In this document: positions 41,815 through 55,250 of the stretch, piece by piece | How the letters are laid out: the number at the start of each line of letters is the position of its first letter | Numbering within the stretch: position 1 is the first letter of the stretch | Assembly: GCF_001194135.2 (NCBI RefSeq) | Contig: NC_068995.1 | Location: forward strand, 20,685,937-20,746,175 | Direction: 5' to 3' | Source: Octopus bimaculoides | Lineage: Eukaryota | Length of the DNA stretch: 60,239 bases | The notes under the pieces: generated by a model | The model's input: the letters and a program-made list of their open reading frames with translations, nothing else | The model's database searches: none | What the model was told of the DNA's origin: nothing | Translations under genes and position numbers: made by a program

Positions 41815-41854
<40 letters not shown>

Positions 41855-41856
<2 letters not shown>

Positions 41857-42075
41857 GCTTTAATGGATGGATCTTCTGAAGTACAGCAAACCACTAATTA
41901 TGTTGGTCCTTTAAGACTCAGTATCTGGAGAGCAGCCTTCAATGCTTCGTCCCATGTCTTCCTCAGTTTCCCTTTTCCATGAGTTCTATCCACCACTTCT
42001 TTATGCGACTGTCTTCATCCAAATGCAGCACATGACCAAGTCAGCAGTCTTCTTGCTTGCTACATCTCATGTCCT
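41855..42075 (-). mobile_element. RTE-like LINE 3' fragment
   Basis: Remnants GHVLHLDEDSRIKK and GK.RKTWDEAL. Confidence 0.5.
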
Positions 42076-43399
42076 CATACATATATATACATATTTGTAT
42101 ATATATTTATNNNNNNNNNNNNNNNNNNNNNNNNNNNNNNNNNNNNNNNNNNNNNNNNNNNNNNNNNNNNNNNNNNNNNNNNNNNNNNNNNNNNNNNNNN
42201 NNNNNNNNNNNNNNNNNNNNNNNNNNNNNNNNNNNNNNNNNNNNNNNNNNNNNNNNNNNNNNNNNNNNNNNNNNNNNNNNNNNNNNNNNNNNNNNNNNNN
42301 NNNNNNNNNNNNNNNNNNNNNNNNNNNNNNNNNNNNNNNNNNNNNNNNNNNNNNNNNNNNNNNNNNNNNNNNNNNNNNNNNNGGGAGCATAATATTTGCT
42401 GGTTCACTCAATCATTTATGAAAGAATCTTAAGAATTTTGCTAAAAATGAGTAGCAGTATTTAGATAAAGCCATTACGTTCTAATTTCAAATTACGCCGA
42501 GGAAGCGCGTGTCTTTCATCCTTGCAGACGGATAAAATACGTACGAAGCGAGTATTGGAGTCGACGTAATCGGCCTCTCCTCCCCACAAATTTCAGACCT
42601 TGTGCCTAACATTTTGTTATTAATTATGTTGTAAAAGTGCTGACTCTGTCGAGCGCTAAAAAAATAGTTGAATGTATTCGTTATCGCTATAGTTTTTGTT
42701 TCTGCTGGCGTCCTTTGTAGAATCATCGGTTATCATTTGTCCGATTTCGTATCCAACCATCAGCTATACTCAGAAACTGATACGTGTTCTGTTACTTGTA
42801 TGACTGTTTGGTCATGTTGCTCGATTTTGCTGGTTCGATTCTTCATATCGTGTTCTCTTCTTTAAGGATCCGAATGGGGTGACAACTCACGAAGGTCCGC
42901 CACATGCCCCAGGATCACGGAGGATAAGGGAGTATCTCGTAGGGATGGGAAATGATTAGAACATTGCTCAGAGGGTTGCCCGGGAAAACCCGAGCAAATA
43001 CCAAGGAATGGTGGATGCAGCGACACATTGTAACCGCGTATGCCCCCATACTTCACCTGTGTCGCTATTGTTGTGTTTATGTTATTCTTCTTGTTGATGT
43101 TGTTGTTTGTTGCTGAAAAGTTCTGAGCCATTTAAGATCTATTAACGAAGTTGTTTCATTCATGGTCATCTCGTCTTTTAGTATACTAGGGAAGCACTAA
43201 ATATTTAATCTATCATTATCTTCGATAGCACTGAATTTGAAGACGATATGGTTAGTGTGTCTAGCAAATCAAGTAACAACTTTGATGTAACCTCCCTGGT
43301 TGCAGCAATATATTGGAAGTTTTAGATATTTGAGCTTTTTGTACATAGTGAGTCCATCCGTGTAGTAGCGTGTGTTGGGAAGGCGTGATTGTCGTCTTC

Positions 43400-44160
43400 G
43401 TTGTTGTTACTGAAAATCCTCACCCTTGCTAGCATTGTATTTTCCTGGTTCTCTTGACCCTTACCGTCTGTCCTTGTTGTTGCTGTTGGTCTTCATAATG
43501 GCTGATGTTATTGTTGCTGTTTTTGTTACTTTAAAGCCTTTACTTTTGTTGCTGCAAAGTTGTTATTACTAAAAGCTTCTCTCTTATTCTCGCTGTTGAT
43601 GCTGTTACTGTTACAGATATTCTTCACTCGTGCTGTTGCGCCATTGTTTCAGAGAGTCTTCAATCTGGCTTCTGCCGTTTTTGTTACTCTCTTTTGTTAT
43701 TAACTCACTTCAATTGTTGTTGATGTTATTGTTACTGTCAGAAATATCATCACTCTTGCTTTAGCTGTTGTGGTGGCGGTTGCTGCAACTGTTGCCACCG
43801 CTGCAGCTGTTACTGCTGCTGCTGCTGCTGCAGCTATTGTTGTTGTTGGTGCTGCCGTTCTTACTGTTCCTCTTTGCTGCTGTGTCTATTGATAATCTTT
43901 GATGCTCATTTGTGCAGGTGATGCATCCTATCCTCACCAATGGACTTTCTTCTTCGTGCAAGTGTTCTTGCAGTCGGTTGTTGCTGATGCAACCAGTGCT
44001 GTTGTTGTTGTTTCTGCTGTACTACTGTTGTTGTCCTTTCCTGGTGTTTTCCACTGATGTTCTTTGTTGCCTTCGCTATTGTCGCCCAGGCTGGCAGCTG
44101 CTGCCGTTACTGATAATGCTGTTGTTATTGTTGCTGTTGCAGTTGCTGCTATTACTTTGA
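43400..44160. repeat. Degenerate (GTT/GCT)n low-complexity tract
   Basis: Direct reading. Confidence 0.8.
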
Positions 44161-44440
44161 CTACTGATCCATTATTTTCTTTTACCTGCACCAGTGAGAA
44201 GCAAATTCTTAGATTCATTGCTTGTTTAAGGCTACACATACATACATACATACATACATACATACATACATACATACATGCATGCATATCTGTGTGAGTA
44301 TATATATATAAATATACATGTTTATATAAATATNNNNNNNNNNNNNNNNNNNNNNNNNNNNNNNNNNNNNNNNNNNNNNNNNNNNNNNNNNNNNNNNNNN
44401 NNNNNNNNNNNNNNNNNNNNNNNNNNNNNNNNNNNNNNNN

Positions 44441-44475
<35 letters not shown>

Positions 44476-45043
44476 TACGTATAGATAAACAGAGAGAGAT
44501 GCATACTTACATATATATACATACATATAAATATATACACGCGTAGTACATATACATACATATATACATACGTTGATTCAAGCACATCTAAAACACACAC
44601 AACATATGCATGTATTCATAGACATTTAAAAGGGTCTGTGATGCAGTCCATACAAATTCTCTAAGAATTCTGATTCACGATCTACATGTTTACTTGACGA
44701 ATCTTTGAGTATGTGGTGTGATATGCTTCAACGATAGCAAAGACTTGCGAGTCCTTAATTCAAAAACAACAAATCCCCAACTCTCTCCCTTACCTTGTTG
44801 AAGCCATCGTCAAAGCTTTGTAAATTACTACTCCAACGCCAATATCTTACATCATGTTATTACCGCAAGACGAAAATAAAATCGTTTAAGCTATATACAC
44901 GGGGTGGTCTAGAAAAAGGAAATGAGACAGAAAGACAAGAAGGACGGAGAGAAAGAAGAAATCTAGAAGAGAAGAATGCATTGCGAAAAGTAAGAGCCAG
45001 TAAATAAGTAACACTTAGGCGTTGAGAGTTTAATGCGAAAATA

Positions 45044-45126
<83 letters not shown>

Positions 45127-46701
45127 CATATATATACATATATATATATATATATACATACATATGTATATATATATATATGTATATATATATACATGTG
45201 TGTATATATATATGTATATGTATACATATACGCACACGCAAAAACCAATATGTCTGTTTATATACACATGCATATACATATACAAATACTTGTGTGCATA
45301 GATCCACACACATGCATTCGCACATACATCCGCGTGTGGGTATGCATATGTGTCTGCGCTGGAGTGAAATCCTGAAGCGCAATTAAACAGTGGACTGCAT
45401 GCTGCATGCTCATAGATCGTTCTTTCAAACTGGTTACTCGACGCCGTTAAGTTTCAGCACAGTGCACTTTAGCCTACATTCTCTGGTTTCCAAACTGCCA
45501 TCCATAAACCCAACATTATAGGATTCGAATTATGCAAGACCAAGCAACAGAGCTTTCTTCCAAACTTTTTCCATTTGGTCACAAAAAACTACCCAGTTAA
45601 ACAGTGGTATAATACTAAGTGCAATGAACTCATTCATGCTTCAGGTTTCCTTATAATCCCACAAATACTTGAAAGATCCACCTCAAAAGACTCGCACAGG
45701 AATATGGGCAAACAGAGCAAATGGAATATATGAAGCGCTTATTTTATTATGAAAAAACATTCGGCGTAGGTTGTCCACTACTGTAATTTAATTCTAGTTT
45801 TACATTAATTCACTTATATTGGTAGAGTCTAAGTCAGTAATTATTTCCAAACGTATATATTTAAAATGATTAAAATTAAACTCTGTATGTTGAACTTAAA
45901 ATAAAAAACAGAAGCTAGTTAGTGAGATGAAGGGTACAGTTTTATTGCCGAAGATAAGCTTCACGTCTAAGAGTTATTTTCACCACATCTTCTAATAACA
46001 TAATACATTACATTTAATACCCATAAATTTATACATAAAAGGAAAGCAACAGTATCAAGCTTAAAAGCCTAATATCACTGTGATAATCTACACACATTCA
46101 TTGATATGTGTTGAGGCCAGCAGATGCTGCACACTGATCGAGCTTACATTTATAATGTACGACATAATGATTTTATAAGGGATGAAGCGCTGTTTGTCTG
46201 GACCTCCACGTAACATCCTTAATATCCATAGAAAGTTACATGACGATGTATGGTGCGTTGTCCTCAAACATACGGAGGAATTATCTGTATGCCGTATCAC
46301 TGCTGAGCGGAGTGACGCAGCTAGAAAAATGAATTAACTGCCTCGCTATCGACAGCAGCAATAATAGACGCAGTAGTCACAACAGTGGCAATAACAAAAA
46401 GCAAACACAACAAATGCAGTCATTGCAGCGGCAACTGAAAGAAATAACGACCAGAGAAAGAACCGCAGAAAATATATGCAAAACGCAGCAAAGGCACAAC
46501 AACAACAACAACAACACCAACAACAATCACAACAACAGCAACAACAAAAACTACAACAAAAACAACAATAGAAATAAATAGAGCAACAGCAACGAAAACG
46601 GTCGAAACAGCAAAACTAGCAACAATAGCACTAGAAAAACCCCCCCCAAAAAAACAAACGAAAAGAGAATAAAGAACAACAACGGAAGTGAGAACAGCTG
46701 C

Positions 46702-46762
<61 letters not shown>

Positions 46763-46974
46763 GCAGCAGTAGCAGCAGCAGATGCAATAATAGCAACNNN
46801 NNNNNNNTACCAATGAAATGAAAATCTCGACTTGAAACAGAAAGTGTATGATTTTCAAAGAATTCGGAGTTTCCGTTATTTCCAAACCAACGAATGCCGT
46901 ATGTGTCAAAAACTGATCATAATTGAAAATCTTCACGCGAAACAAAACAGTAACAATACCGCTGCTGTTGCTGT

Positions 46975-47009
<35 letters not shown>

Positions 47010-47155
47010 GTAACAACAACAACAATAATACTTTCTACTATAGGCACAAGGCCTGAAATTTGGGGCAGGGGATAGTCGATCACATCAACCCCAGTACTTA
47101 GCTGGTACTTATTTTATCGACTCTGAAAGGATAAAAGGCTAAGTCAACCCCGGGG

Positions 47156-47258
<103 letters not shown>

Positions 47259-47289
47259 TATTATTATTATTATCATCATCATTTTATTT

Positions 47290-49175
47290 ATTGGCTAATA
47301 GGGCCGACATATAGGAGATAATACAGTAGACGGGGACAGTGGGGTTTTGCACAAAACAATGAGTAAACAATTAGGAAAACAATAACAATAAACAAGAAAA
47401 ATATAGCAATGAGATTTCTCCTGTAGGGGAACTGACCACTCAGGGTTGGCTCAGGTATCCCACGAACCGTGAAACACCCGACGCTTTTTGAGGGTACTCA
47501 GGAAGGGTGCACCTCTTCTCCTCAAATACTCCAGCCTACAGGCGCAGTAATTAGAGCAGGTCCATTCACACAGGCCATTTTCGCTACATTCACCCACCTT
47601 TCAGCAAATGTGCGGGGGCCATCACTTTTCTTTCCACCCCCATCTTCCTTTCCAAGTGAAATTTGAAAAAGTTGAGGGATTGGCCGAAGAGAAAAGTGTC
47701 TATCTTCATTCCTTTCAATTTGGTCCACCCTACAACTCTCTTTTGTTACTGCTACCAGAGAGAAGAAAATTGTCTGCTCTTCCTGGCCTCGGCCGATAGC
47801 CGGATCCGTCGTACACGCGACAACAGCTGCTCGACATAACTCCACAAGTCAGTAATGCATGGACATTGGACGGGTGCGTGTGGAACGGTTTCATCACTCT
47901 GCGCGCATCTCGGGCAGGTCCATCTGACAGCATTTCCGTACCTGTAGAGTTTATCTCGAACCGACAGTACCCCCATCCCTGGTAGCACTACATAGCGAAG
48001 GATTTCTAGAAGTTATGCATCGTCTCAGGTTCGAAAGTCCTCCGGTAGAGACTGGTCAGTTAGACTTCGTCGACACCCAGCGCTTCTCCGAGTGCGTTTC
48101 CCATCACTAGTCCTCTATGGAATTCCCGCCTGGTAGAGGGTAGTAAGTGCCTGGAAACAATCCAGATGCCACTCACCGTGTCTGGGTCTATTTTGGACCC
48201 AGGATTGCAACTCAATCAAGGAGACGAGCTGGGGAAAGGACTGTTTGACAAACGGTGACCACGAATTTCGGCTGAAGTTTTCTGCCTTTCGCAGCACTCA
48301 GCGTCAGCCGTCGAGAGGCGCGGCAAACCGTCGAGGTAGGGATTGAAGTCCGATACCGTCTCTGACCATCCACCACTCCCGAACGACTGAGCAAAGTGCT
48401 GGCAAAAGGCCTCGCACATCTGCCAGGAATCGCTCAGCTCGTGTCCATCTCGGTTCGTCAAAGATCGAAATGTGGTTTTGTTACCACGCTGCGCGTCCGC
48501 CACGCGGCCCTATCGAACAGCTTTGGTCTCCTCGTTTCTCAGAGCATATACCTTAGCTCTGACAATGCAACCTTCATGTTTCGCCTTGAAGAAATGGTCT
48601 AATGCCATTCTCGCTGCTAGCACGTCTGTTGCAATACCACTACAAATAGTCGCGTCTAACTTAGCTATTAGCTCCTCCTCCTTTCTACTTCTTCTAACCC
48701 TACTTCTATGCTAAACCCTATCGATATTACTCTAATTTCTCTTCTGAGAGCCGCCTACCACCTGTTGTTGACAACCCCTCTTGTCAACTTTTGCTTAAGT
48801 AAATTGTTAACCCGGCCCCTGTAAGCCTTACGTGCCAGAAACGACATGTTCAGCTTCCAGTACCTAGTTCCTAACCTATGCCTCTTATCTAAGTCGACCG
48901 TTCAGATTACAAATTTATGATGTAAATAGGTGACCGTTTTAAAAAGTGGACATCCTACACTATTACTATTTATTTTCCTAGTGAAAATCCTATCTATATA
49001 CGATCTAGATGACCCTAAGTAGTTGGTCCAAGTCCACATTGGCGCATTAGGGAAATCTCATTGGTACCTCTCAGACAGTTGGAAATGGTTGATCAGGTGT
49101 TTGAGGTGTTTGCAACGCCCACTTCTATCAGCTACTCCCATGCAATTCCAACGGGTATCTAAGATTCCGTTCTAG
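47290..49175 (-). mobile_element. L1/Tx1-clade LINE relic with internal deletions
   Basis: APE end (TWTNYLGSSRSYIDRIF, YWKLNMSFL), linker (GCIVRA; FCQHFAQSFG), C-terminal CPRC..DETVPHA..QC knuckle; AT-rich 3' tail. Confidence 0.85.
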
Positions 49176-49494
49176 GTAGTCATGACGGGTATAATGGGCT
49201 TCGTATATTTTTATCCCAGTGTCACTTTGATGGCATGCACCGCTCTATCACGCAACAACAACAACAACAACAACAACAATAATAATGATGATAATAATAT
49301 CTGTTTCAAATTTTGGTGCAGTATTTCTGACAGGAAGAGGTTAGTCACTGCCATCGATCTCAATATTTGACCTATACTAACAAAACCACGAGTCGACGCA
49401 AGCTTATGATTCACTGTCCAGGAACAATAATAACGATGATTTCATGCATCGATAATAATGCTTTGTTATGTAATAATGATAAAGTTAATGTCAG

Positions 49495-50200
49495 TGTAGT
49501 CTAATCTAATACTAATCATATTTCAGCATTCATATAACATGCTCTGATAATCTCGATGACTTTATCTGCCCATTTCACAAGCTTGTATCTATCCCGTTTT
49601 CTGGGGTGAATGTAATCAATCTGGCTTGTGTACCAATGATTCATAGGTGATCAAATGGCTGGTAGGTTTTCTGAAGTTACTGTTGCAGATCAACAAGTCA
49701 TAAAACTCTAAAAGCCTTGTTCCTTCCTCATTTCTAAATCCAGAGCCATATCCATTATGTATATCATCAAGTCCATTGAAGTATTGCTTAACACGTCCGT
49801 TGAGACCACTGATCACGATAATGAATATTTGTTGTCTGTCATTGAGGTAATCGGCAGAAATGACTCAAAGAAATCTTGCTCCTGTTCATCTGATAGTCTA
49901 GCTTGAGGCACATATGGTGAGACAAACGTTAGTGTATTCTAATCTAATACTAATCTTAGTTCAACAATAGTCTCGGTCACTTTATCTACCCATTTCTCCG
50001 CTGAGAGTATGCCTACACTTCCCACGCCTTCAGTACCCAGAAGCGTTTATACCTCTGCTCCCTGCACATGACGAGTCTAGTAGAGGCTCCTCTCTATCTT
50101 ACCCCTTGCACACATCACCTATCTACATGCCTCAGTTACCGCATTTCAAAAATCTCATTGGACCAGCTTTTCGTTGTGCCAACATTTAATGTAGCCGTCC
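49495..50200 (-). mobile_element. RTE-clade LINE fragment, APE endonuclease region
   Basis: ATLNVGT; GYGSGFRNEEGTRLLEF..LLICNSNFRKPTSHLITY. 49495-49577 duplicates ~49932-49997. Confidence 0.8.
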
Positions 50201-51159
50201 TGAAAAAGTGGACTTCGGGACAGTGAGTGGGGATTTGGGATATTCCTTTATTTTCCTGAAAAGAAAATGTTTGCAATCGCCTGCTACTAGGTAATGAGTT
50301 ATTCAACACATTCTGTGAAAACAGCTATTTATTTCTCAGTAATATACATTTCCCTCAATACAACCAGGAGCATCGATGGTGAATACATGTACGACATATA
50401 CGCAGGCATGTATACACGCATCCTCATATATATCTATGAATATAAAATCTGCAATGACGCACATATGCCTGTATAGTCAATTACATAACATATATACACA
50501 TAAAAGTACACACTCATACACTCATACATGTTTCATGCATACAGATGTACACATAGAGGTGTGTATGGTATATATATGTATGTATGTATATATGGAGAGA
50601 GATATAGAAAGGATGAGGCCTGTTAAGTACCCTTCCATCGCTTAACGCAATCTAATCCTTCCTTAACAAGTCCCATCCTATTTGCATCTCTCTCCCATAT
50701 ACTCCCGTTTGTATTTTTTCTTTCTGTTTTACATACATTTTATATGTTTATATTTACCATTATTTACTATTATTTCTTATCAATATTTACTATAAGGACA
50801 ATTGTAGCAACATGACCTCCTGAATTCAAGATTTTTAGCGAGACACCACTTTATGTACGAATGTAACCGATGCGACCCAGACTGCAAAACTGATGCAATA
50901 CAATATGATGCACATCATCACACACATAAAGGACAGTCGCAGGATGGGTTGAAACAATGGTCGTGCACAATAAAGAGTAATACTAAATCGATCTTCTGTT
51001 TTCTTAATTGTTTATTATCCCAACTAACACTGCGGAATTTCTGAATTAGATAGCCCAAACCATGCTAGTGCTTTACTCAATATATCAACACACTAATTGA
51101 CATAATTGACTAACTGTCCGAAAATACCCCCCCCCCACCACCACCACACACACATACAC

Positions 51160-51272
51160 ATGGCTGTGTGGTAAGAAGCTTGTTTCCCAACCATTTGCGT
51201 GACACCTTGGGCAAGTGTCTTCTACTATAGCCTCGGGCCGACCGAAGCCTTGTGAACAGAGGATGAAAGAAG
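51160..51272 (+). mobile_element. CORE-like SINE 5' part
   Basis: TGGCTGTGTGGTAAGAAGCTTG A-box head and GACACCTTGGGCAAGTGTC core. Confidence 0.75.
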
Positions 51273-51444
51273 ATCGCCGCATATATATAAATCACTTCTT
51301 TAACTTTCTAAGATATCTCAACGGCTCTAAAAGCAAACTTCATTTGTTTGTTTACGTTTATCATAATTTGAAGTTAACGTATAATAACGTCTCATAAAGT
51401 GAGATTTCTATACATCTTGAATTTGCAGGAAACTGTGTGGTGTG

Positions 51445-51525
51445 GGCAGTTTAGCTTAATCGGTCTAAGAGCACCGCGATGCGTAACCACGGAGGTGTGA
51501 GTTCGAGTCTCACAGCTGGCCGCCA
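51445..51525 (+). tRNA. tRNA-like gene/pseudogene, possibly Thr(CGT); anticodon arm irregular
   Basis: A-box TAGCTTAATCGG, B-box GTTCGAGTC, perfect T-stem GTGAG/CTCAC, acceptor GGCAGTT/AGCTG(G)CC, ends GCCA, T7 terminator at 51530-51536. Confidence 0.55.
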
Positions 51526-51529
51526 ACAC

Positions 51530-51536
51530 TTTTTTT
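51530..51536 (+). terminator. Pol III oligo-T terminator
   Basis: TTTTTTT starting 5 nt after the tRNA-like 3' end. Confidence 0.5.
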
Positions 51537-51694
51537 CTGCAAAATAGGGGTAGCTTATCCTGTTCAGGCTATATTATTAACATTATCCTGCGTTTGAGAA
51601 TTTAAAAATCACTTCCTTAACTTTCTAAGACATCTCAACAGTCCTAAAAGCAAACTTCGTTTGTTTGCTTACGTTTATCGTAATTTGAATTTAA

Positions 51695-51742
<48 letters not shown>

Positions 51743-52096
51743 AATGTATATATATCTGTGTGTGTGTATGTATGCATACAGTATTTATTAAGATAAATTC
51801 TTGCCTTTGACCGCATAGAGTGCCATATTTTCCAGAGAGACATACACATTTTATTGAAACCAATTCCATGTATATAACTGCTATGCAACGAAAATACTTT
51901 GTACAGTTAATATCTTGATGAAAATTGGGGTCAGAATGTTGAAGCCCTTTGTTGCTTCAAAACTTGTTTGCTGCTATCTTTATCCTTCTGTGCAAGGGAT
52001 TATTACATTTTCACTACAAATACCTTTGTTATCTCTAAACGTACAAAATTTATGCAAAGGCACATGCTTATATATATGATACATATAATGTATACA

Positions 52097-52141
<45 letters not shown>

Positions 52142-53573
52142 TCATATGTATATATATATATATATATATATTCTTTTCTGCGATGAGTTTATGCAATAAT
52201 CACATTAAGATTTTGCAGCATCGCAAAAATGATATACTGACATCAATATATCTAATTTTACTGGAACACCACTAGTCTTTATAGACAAATACAACAACAT
52301 CTGATAGACTAGGATACTCTTTAGCGACAAAAATACGATGTACGCATAGAGAAAATACTCTTTTTGCACATAAATACGTCATATGAAGAAAATACTGTTT
52401 ATCGATAAATATAGGTTTTATAGACAAAATACTTCCAAAGGATAAAAAAAGAAAAAAAAAAATCAAAATATTCTTTATGGTCAAAACTATAACGTTTTTA
52501 GGATAATATGTTCACACTGGACGCAAAGATATGTGAAATAATCTTTCAGTAGTTGATATTATCTATGAATAAAAAATACGTCCTATAGACAAATTCTCGC
52601 CATGGATAAATGAAAATGGTTTAACCACAAATTATGTATTATAGGGAAAATACGCAATTCTTATGGACAAATTACAGACAAAATTAGGAACAAAATTATA
52701 GACAAAATTAACAACGGTTTATGCACCTAATACTCATTATGAACAAAAATATTTAGTGACAAACTGTAAATAATAAGACAAAAAAAAAACTACGTTTTAT
52801 GGACGAAATGCGTATTATAGAACAAATAACGTTTGAAGTTCATGCGGTCGTTTCATAAATCTAATATTAATTTCACTCGTCGATATTGCATCCGGATAAT
52901 CGTGGTGGTAAAGGTTGTTGCTCTTGCTTAATTCCAGATCACTTATAATAATCGGATCGCTATGACCATCGTATTCGTTTTTTATATCTAGAAATATACT
53001 ATCTTATAAGTCCTTATATCCATTGCCTTTTAAGACAGTAAGGTGAAATTTGACCAATTGTAACAGGTGCAGCAATCAACTAGAAGTTCTGTCCAATATA
53101 TGAAATCAACTGCTACATAGCAACTAACGCAAACTTGTATAAACAATCTTCGTTAGCCATTGAGCTGAGGTGTAACTCTAGGAGTACGTTGCTTATTAAA
53201 TACAAAGACATTAGGTTCTTACATACATGATACAGTGAATTGAACAAAAAAATCACTTTCACCGACTAAAATTATTCAAGAAAACAACAGAGATGCAATT
53301 AAATACAAAACATATACGCTTTCTACGATTATTTAAAACAAAGAGAAACATAAGGCAAGAAAGATAACCCCAATATTATCAGTTGATCGAAGTGTCTGGC
53401 CAACATAGACCTTGCAGACCACAGAGATTATATATATTATCCTTGTACATGTTTTTTGTTGACAGTGACTAAAAAGTTTCGATGTTCGAAGTCACTGTCA
53501 ACAACATTCTAGAATAAGAAGTTATTCTATGCAAAGCATAGAGTAACCCAGCAGATTAATGGAAAATTGTATG

Positions 53574-53608
<35 letters not shown>

Positions 53609-53944
53609 NNNNNNNNNNNNNNNNNNNNNNNNNNNNNNNNNNNNNNNNNNNNNNNNNNNNNNNNNNNNNNNNNNNNNNNNNNNNNNNNNNNNNNNNNNNN
53701 NNNNNNNNNNNNNNNNNNNNNNNNNNNNNNNNNNNNNNNNNNNNNNNNNNNNNNNNNNNNNNNNNNNNNNNNNNNNNNNNNNNNNNNNNNNNNNNNNNNN
53801 NNNNNNNNNNNNNNNNNNNNNNNNNNNNNNNNNNNNNNNNNNNNNNNNNNNNNNNNNNNNNNNNNNNNNNNNNNNNNNNNNNNNNNNNNNNNNNNNNNNN
53901 NNNNNNNNNNNNNNNNNTATATATATATATATGCATATATATAC

Positions 53945-55250
53945 GTATACTTTAGGTCCATTATGGAGTCTGATGTGCCTTTTTAAACTAGACAATGTAT
54001 TGAAAAGACACCCACATAGATTGCATATTTGCTTTGGAACACCAAGAGTTGCAGTTTAGTTCTGATCTTTGTGGATCTTAAACGTATTTTGTGGCCTCCA
54101 TACACGGCATTGGAAGGTGTGCACAGATATATAAGCAGAATAGTTGGTAGAAGTTTGCTTTTCATGGGTCTGTAAATGAGATTTGAGCCCAGTAAAAGAA
54201 AGATATCGTGTGTCACAAACTGTGCACACAAAAAGGTCACTGAAATTCACCACGAAATATTCTTCTTTAAATGTCTCTTGAGTCTTGCATATGTTATCAT
54301 TGCCTCCTCAAACGCATTCACTCCATTCCACAGTTTTGTGCGCCATCCAGCTCAATCCGAAGCAAGGGCTTCTATGGCCTTTGGATCCATTCCAAGTGAC
54401 TTCATGGAAATCCTTATGCCGTCTTTAAACCTTTTTTTAGGTTTACACTGATTGCGTTTTCCCTCTGCAAGCTCGCCATAAAACAGCTGTTTGAGTGTGC
54501 ATTCATCCACTGTTCGAACCGTATGGCCAGACCATTTAGTTTTGCTTTTCAGAATAATTGCTTTAATTGAAGGGATGCCTGCAGACGCAAAGACATCCGT
54601 GTCTGGAGTAAAAACGCCCTATTTAATGCTTAAAATGCGGGGAAGGCATTTCTGGTGGAATCATTCTAACAATTTGAAATGTCTTTCACAACACGTCCAT
54701 GTTTCAGAAGAATAGAACGGGATTGGTAAGACAAACGATTTGTAAAGAGCCAATTTTATGTTGTTACTTATATATCGTTGGCGCCAAACGCGTGACTCCA
54801 AACCACCAAATACTCGTTCTGCTCTTTGAAGTAGCAGATGTATTTCTTTGTCCAGATTTTCATCATTTTTTTCAGAGCTTCCAAGGTAGATGAATGAATC
54901 AACAACCTCAAGTAACTTACTCTTAACGAAAATCTTATTTTATTTATATTTTCAAATTACATATCTTTTACATTTTTTTTAATGTATATACGAGCTGCTC
55001 CATGTCGGACACTGTAATGATATTTAATCACTCTATGGAGCATTTACGTGTTGGTTTGATGTCTGGAAGGGATAGCCTAACTCATGGGCCTGTAGAAGCT
55101 CTTTAACTTTGGTTGATAATTTACCTAGGAGAAGGAAATCTCCAAAATAAAACCTGAAACCTTGGAAGTTACCGGCTTTGTCAATTCTCATTTCACAATG
55201 GCAAAAGTCTTCTTGGGCCAATAGATGGGGGTAGTACAGTACAATCTACA
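53945..55250 (-). mobile_element. RTE-clade LINE 3' part with C-terminal C2H2 zinc fingers
   Basis: FHQKCLPRILSIK, KWSGHTVR, KQLFYGELAEGK/RGKRNQCKPKKRFKD, then FVCTVCDTRYLSFTGLKSHLQTH and QICNLCGCLFNTLSSLKRHIRLH. Confidence 0.85.

Larger units (their letters stand above)
51289..51695. repeat. 90-bp direct repeats (51289-51378; 51606-51695) flanking the tRNA-like gene
   Basis: Manual alignment gives 9 mismatches in 90 bp; spacing 317 bp. Confidence 0.9.

Noticed and set aside
45300-45760. LTR integrase remnant (NGV..RTI.E)
   Set aside because: It needs frameshifts to assemble and no other integrase motifs are present.
53983-54253. Host C2H2 zinc-finger gene
   Set aside because: It is contiguous with the RTE C-terminus and frameshifted, so it is treated as part of the LINE.
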